Assembly (NCBI GenBank): GCA_963724755.1
Contig: CAVRVZ010000014.1
Span: 285,255 to 349,254, forward strand
From: an uncultured Acidobacteriaceae bacterium
Lineage (GTDB): Bacteria; Acidobacteriota; Terriglobia; Terriglobales; Acidobacteriaceae
Reading direction: 5' to 3'
DNA length: 64,000 nt
How positions within the stretch are numbered: position 1 is the stretch's first letter; the number at the start of each line of letters is the position of its first letter. The notes under the pieces are model-generated. The model was not told the DNA's origin and did not search any database. It worked only from the letters and a program-made list of their open reading frames with translations. Below, in pieces: positions 59,758 through 64,000 of the stretch. The position numbers and the translations under genes are program-made.

Positions 59758-61512
59758 TCAAGGGCGCTTGGAAACCAGGTCACCAAACGGCGCCAGAAAC
59801 TGGAACTTGTTATCCCAGGTCGTGTACATGATTCCCATTGCGCCGGGCGTCGAGTCCATGGCATCCATCCATCCCTCGGCATTTTTCTTGGTTTCTTCCA
59901 GGGTTTTTGCGTCATAGTATGCAGCCGCAAACGTCTTGAATCCGCGGCTGGAAAAGAAGCTAAGGGACAGGTTCCGCTTTTCGTAAGACCAGCACACGAT
60001 CCCCATATCCTTGGGCAGGTACTTCCACGTGTTCTCAAGGGAGCCGTCCACAAAGAAGTATTTCTTCACCGAGTTGTGATGGGGGTCGAACATATCCGAC
60101 CAGACCAGTACCTGGGCCTTGGGGTTGACGGCATGCACCTGGTCGTAAAGCCACTGCGTGTCCTCGCCGAGTATCGCCGCCGCAGCCTTCTTCCGGCGCA
60201 GGCAGGATTGATCGCGGTTAAACGCGCGATCCTCGTCGATGCCGAGGAAATAGCGTTTCGGAGCCAGATACTTTTCGATCAGCGGAAATTGCTGCTTCCA
60301 GACCTCATGCAATTTGGCCGTCGATGGGCACATGGGGACCTGGTCGATATAGATGGTTACGCCGTGGTAGTAGCTGACGCGCAGCCGCGCGCCGTCATGG
60401 ATGCGACTGCCTGGCAACAGTTGAATCGACGGCATGGCGTGGGTCCAATGAAAGTCGAGATTGGGGTCGCTGACCGGTTCGTAATCCCTGCCTTCCTTGT
60501 ACACCGTGCCGGTGGCCTCGTCGCGAACAGTCAGCGGCGCACCGTCGCGGCGGATTACGTTCATCAGGCCCACCTCTTCCACTTCCACGTCGTCCACCCA
60601 GACCTTGCCTTTCACGCCCCCGAAGACGCCAAAAGTTAACTCGATACGGTCTGCATACCAACTGTTAAACGATGTGGTCACCTTTCTCCAGCCGGAGGTG
60701 GGAGACGGCGCAAGCGGCCAAAATGGGCTGAGGTCGCGGCCGTCGGGCGTAAACGATTTGATATTGAACAGCGTGACCGGGTCGACATCTTCAGTCTTTA
60801 CCCACGCGCTCACGCGGTAGCAACGGTATGGCTTGACATGAATCACCTGGGATATTTTCGCCACGCCCACCTGCGCCGGGCTTTTTAGTCCCGCAATATC
60901 CGGATCGTTGACGTTGGGATCTGTGGGCTTTGCCGGTTCGCCAAAGTTTTCGATGCGCAGCGAAGCTTTGCCGGAGTGAGAGACGGTGGTATCAACAAAA
61001 GTCTTCTTTCCCGGCTCGTCCTGCACGGTGAAGCCACTGAACCGGTTGCCCTTGTACTGCTCGAATCCTCCGTTCACCAGTTTCGCCGGCGAGTCCGCGA
61101 CGAACTGCGCAGTTCCGCCTTTGGCGACGAACAGAGCATCCTTCACCAGCAGGCCTTCGGCGAGATTCTTATCTTGCATCAGGATGGCTGCACCGTAACT
61201 TGTGGCGAATCCCGTGGGAATGATCTCGATGTGATTGGCATCGGCAAACTCTTTCACTTTCACCAGGCGTGCAAGCTGTTCCGGTGAGAAAAGGCTGATG
61301 CCGTCCATCCCATCCAGGACGATGCCGTTCAGCCCATACTCCGACGCGGTGCGGGCAATATTGCGCATGTCTTCAACGTCTTTGTCGGACTGGAAACTGC
61401 ACTTGATGAAAACCCAGCGGTCGGGATAGATCTTTTTCGGCTGATCCACGGCGCCAACGCATACTGCGATCGCGACAGCGAGCAGGGCGTAGAGTGCGAG
61501 AGATTTTTTCAT
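59758..61512 (-). CDS. Secreted putative glycoside hydrolase (TIM-barrel-like with inserted CBM4/9-like domain)
   Basis: Signal peptide; LVNGGFE...SHSGKASLRI (CBM4/9-like); FLGIDE, VWSDMFDP, GIMYTTW recall GH20-like barrel motifs. Confidence 0.6.
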   Translation of the reverse strand: MKKSLALYALLAVAIAVCVGAVDQPKKIYPDRWVFIKCSFQSDKDVEDMRNIARTASEYGLNGIVLDGMDGISLFSPEQLARLVKVKEFADANHIEIIPTGFATSYGAAILMQDKNLAEGLLVKDALFVAKGGTAQFVADSPAKLVNGGFEQYKGNRFSGFTVQDEPGKKTFVDTTVSHSGKASLRIENFGEPAKPTDPNVNDPDIAGLKSPAQVGVAKISQVIHVKPYRCYRVSAWVKTEDVDPVTLFNIKSFTPDGRDLSPFWPLAPSPTSGWRKVTTSFNSWYADRIELTFGVFGGVKGKVWVDDVEVEEVGLMNVIRRDGAPLTVRDEATGTVYKEGRDYEPVSDPNLDFHWTHAMPSIQLLPGSRIHDGARLRVSYYHGVTIYIDQVPMCPSTAKLHEVWKQQFPLIEKYLAPKRYFLGIDEDRAFNRDQSCLRRKKAAAAILGEDTQWLYDQVHAVNPKAQVLVWSDMFDPHHNSVKKYFFVDGSLENTWKYLPKDMGIVCWSYEKRNLSLSFFSSRGFKTFAAAYYDAKTLEETKKNAEGWMDAMDSTPGAMGIMYTTWDNKFQFLAPFGDLVSKRP

Positions 61513-61680
61513 TGTGTTTCGCCTCTTTGTTTAATTAGCTCAAGGCGGCAGACACGATGCCGGCGGGCACTATACGTTCCTGTGCGAACGAGAACGAGCT
61601 TATGTACGACTTTAGCACCACGCGCCAACATTGCGTGGAGTGAAGAACTCATGCATCGCTTGTTATAGGTAGTTGTATAA

Positions 61681-62064
61681 CCCGGAATTTCAATTTTGCC
61701 TCTCGGCTGCGAACCAATATACCACCGGTTGCCTCTGCTGGCGATCTTTTTCGCATTCGTTCCAGGGCGAAAGACCTGAGCGGGCCCAGTAGGGCCTTTG
61801 CGGTGACAATAAAACCAAGATGTTCCCCATTTCGAAGCGATTTCTCAGACACCCCTCCCTAAACTCCCCTCCTTCGTCCTGATTTGTTTCGCCTGGCTGC
61901 CGCACCTATCCGGCCAGCAACGGCAAGGCCTCAATCCGCCGCAGCATGCTTCCGAACAAGCGCCGCGTGAGATGGCTCTCTGCCAACAACGGCCAGTAGT
62001 AGCGGGCAAGCTTTGCCAGCCGCCCGCCGGTCTTCATCAGCCGCTGCTGCAGGCTGGTCAAGGA
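61681..62064 (-). mobile_element. IS1380-family remnant: last 52 residues of transposase plus right end
   Basis: 62064..61906 translates SLTSLQQRLMKTGGRLAKLARYYWPLLAESHLTRRLFGSMLRRIEALPLLAG*; terminal IR at 61681. Confidence 0.85.
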
Positions 62065-62193
62065 TCACTTCTCATTTTCACCCACGGGGTGTCTACTTCC
62101 GTGACGTGTTCCGTGTGTCGGAACACGCATCGATAAAGGCGTCGGAAAGCATCGGAAGGTTAGGCTTTGGCTTTTTCAAAATGGAAATCCGGG
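62065..62193 (+). mobile_element. Further IS1380-type end in opposite orientation
   Basis: Ends in CAAAATGGAAATCCGGG immediately before TTAA. Confidence 0.6.
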
Positions 62194-64000
62194 TTAAAAT
62201 CTCATCCTGACTCCAACCTGTATCTGCCGCTCCCGGTAAAAATTTGTCGCGTTCACGTTCAGCGGCTGCCCGAAGGCCGTGGAGTTGGCTTTCTCGGTCG
62301 CGCCGTATTCGTTGACCATCGGGCCGGTCATAAAGTTCAGCGTGGGGGGCGTGGCCGGAGAGCCCAGTGTGCTCGGAGGCGTTCCGGACTCGATGGTATA
62401 GCCGGTCGTCTCAATCTCCGTCACGTTCTGGTGGTTGAAGAGGTTAAAGCTCTCGGCCAGCAACTCAAGCTCCGCATTTGTCCCAGGTCGAATTTCTTGC
62501 CAAGCCGCATATCGGCCTTCCAGGTGGGCGGATAGCGGTAGGTGTTGCGGCCTACGCCATAGACGCGATTGTCGCCGCCGGAGCCGTTCATTCCCGGCCC
62601 CAATCCCACAATGGCCGAGCCGGAGGTATCGAACTCCTTGGCCAGCGAACCGCTGGTGCGCATGGTATAGGGCAATCCGCTGTGGTACTGGCCGATGCCC
62701 GAGACCATCCAGCCGTTCGCCAACGTGTCCGGCCAGACCGCGCAGCTTCCACGGCGCCTCATAGATCACCATGGCGGCGGCCGAGTGGCGCATATCCAGA
62801 TTGCTGGTGCCATACTCCAGGCCGAAGTTGGCCGGGTCCAGCACATCGCTGCCGGAAACCAGCGTGCTCTCATTGGGGTTCCAGTCCATGGCGTGAGAGT
62901 AAGTGTAGTGCGCGTGCAGGCTCAGCCCGCGGCGGCCATAGCGAACCACCTTCAGCATCGCCGCCTCATAAGTCGAGTTGGCGCGGCTCATGATCTGGGT
63001 AATCTGCTGGTAGTTCGGATTGGCGCGTCCGCACTGCCCGGCAATATTCAGCAGCGATCCGCTGGGGCAATCCGCTGAAGGCCAGGACGCATAGAAGGGA
63101 ACCGTGATCTGTTGGGGTCTTGATGGGACCCAGACCCGTGCCGTCCACAACCGCATAAGTGATGGTCCGCGGATTCACCGCCGGATCGAAGTTGGTATCG
63201 ATGGAGATGGGCAGCCGCCGGCCCAGGCTCACCATCGCGCTGGCGGTCACCTCCACGTGGCCGGGCAAGCTTTCTTCGACGGCAACCACCGCCTGGTGCA
63301 CCTCGGGATTGCGGAATCGGGGCGCAAACTCCACCACCCCCGGCGCGACCAGGCTGCCCGGCGCGCCGGTCAGCACAGTCAGGAAACGGCGGCGCGCCGC
63401 TGGTGCCGGTGGCGGAGTTGTAGCCGTCTGTCGGCCGTATGAAAAAGTTCTGGTCTCCGTTGGCGCTGCCGGTCTGGGTGAGCGCCGTTTCCACCGTGGC
63501 GTTCTCCGTGCGGCCGTAATACATTCCGTAGCCCAGCCGCAGCACCGGCCAGTGCGTCTCCCGGTTTCCCACCGCCAAGCTCAGCCGTGGACCCCAGTCG
63601 TTGCCCAGGTCAGGCAGCTTTTGAGCGGGCAAAGTACCAGAAGGCGAGTTCGGCGCGACCGGCGGCGGCCACAGCGCGGCCATCGGCGGCGGCAACTGCT
63701 CCCGCTCCCAGCGCAACCCGGCGGAGAGAACAAAAATTTTGTTCGGCTGCCACTGCGTGGTGATGAACCCGGCCCAGTCATTGGTGCTCAGTTGCCAGTT
63801 GGAGGGTCCGATCATCTGCGAGTAGTAGGAGTAGCAGGGCAGAGCGCCCAGCCCGCGCAGCCCGCCCGCCGAGTCGCGCCACACCTTGCCCGTCTGGTCG
63901 CAGTTGTGCTGATTGAAGGGGTTGAGCTCGCCGGAGGTTCCAAAGGCGGCAAAAGCCAGCGCGTCGGAGGCAAAGTTCTCCACGCTGGAGTAGTTATACG
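62194..64000 (-). CDS. TonB-dependent receptor-like (Oar-type) outer membrane protein, 3' part (frameshifted)
   Basis: AGLRWE, GPRLSLA, VLRLGYGMYY, HYTYSHA, AESFNLFNHQN, C-terminal RQIQVGVRMRF. Confidence 0.88.

Overview
GC-rich bacterial chromosomal window whose gene content, short-repeat families and conserved hypotheticals point to Acidobacteriota (Acidobacteriaceae-like; inferred). Housekeeping genes (ppc, cysK-cysE, add, csp, buk, pcrA/uvrD, pmbA, rpe, bamD, valS, nadC-birA-coaX, rlmD, comEC, pirin) alternate with accessory carbohydrate/inositol-type catabolic genes. Many genes, including essential ones, carry single-base indels that look like long-read assembly errors, so CDS coordinates span the reconstructed genes. 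No rRNA, tRNA or CRISPR array was recognised. Most notable: (1) an apparent single-chain membrane di-iron desaturase/hydroxylase + Rieske ferredoxin + NqrF-type FAD/NAD reductase fusion (29.1-31.3 kb); (2) an ~8 kb cargo island (54.2-62.2 kb) bracketed by two synonymously diverged copies of a TonB-dependent receptor 3' end, with IS1380-type ends carrying outward promoters in front of cargo genes; (3) a TAGTA-N7-TACTA palindrome with an embedded -10 box shared by the fusion gene and the island operon; (4) small or overlooked ORFs: an omega-like paralog, a 51-aa basic protein, a possible leaderless Cys leader peptide, a C2HC zinc-finger protein and a DnaD-like protein.
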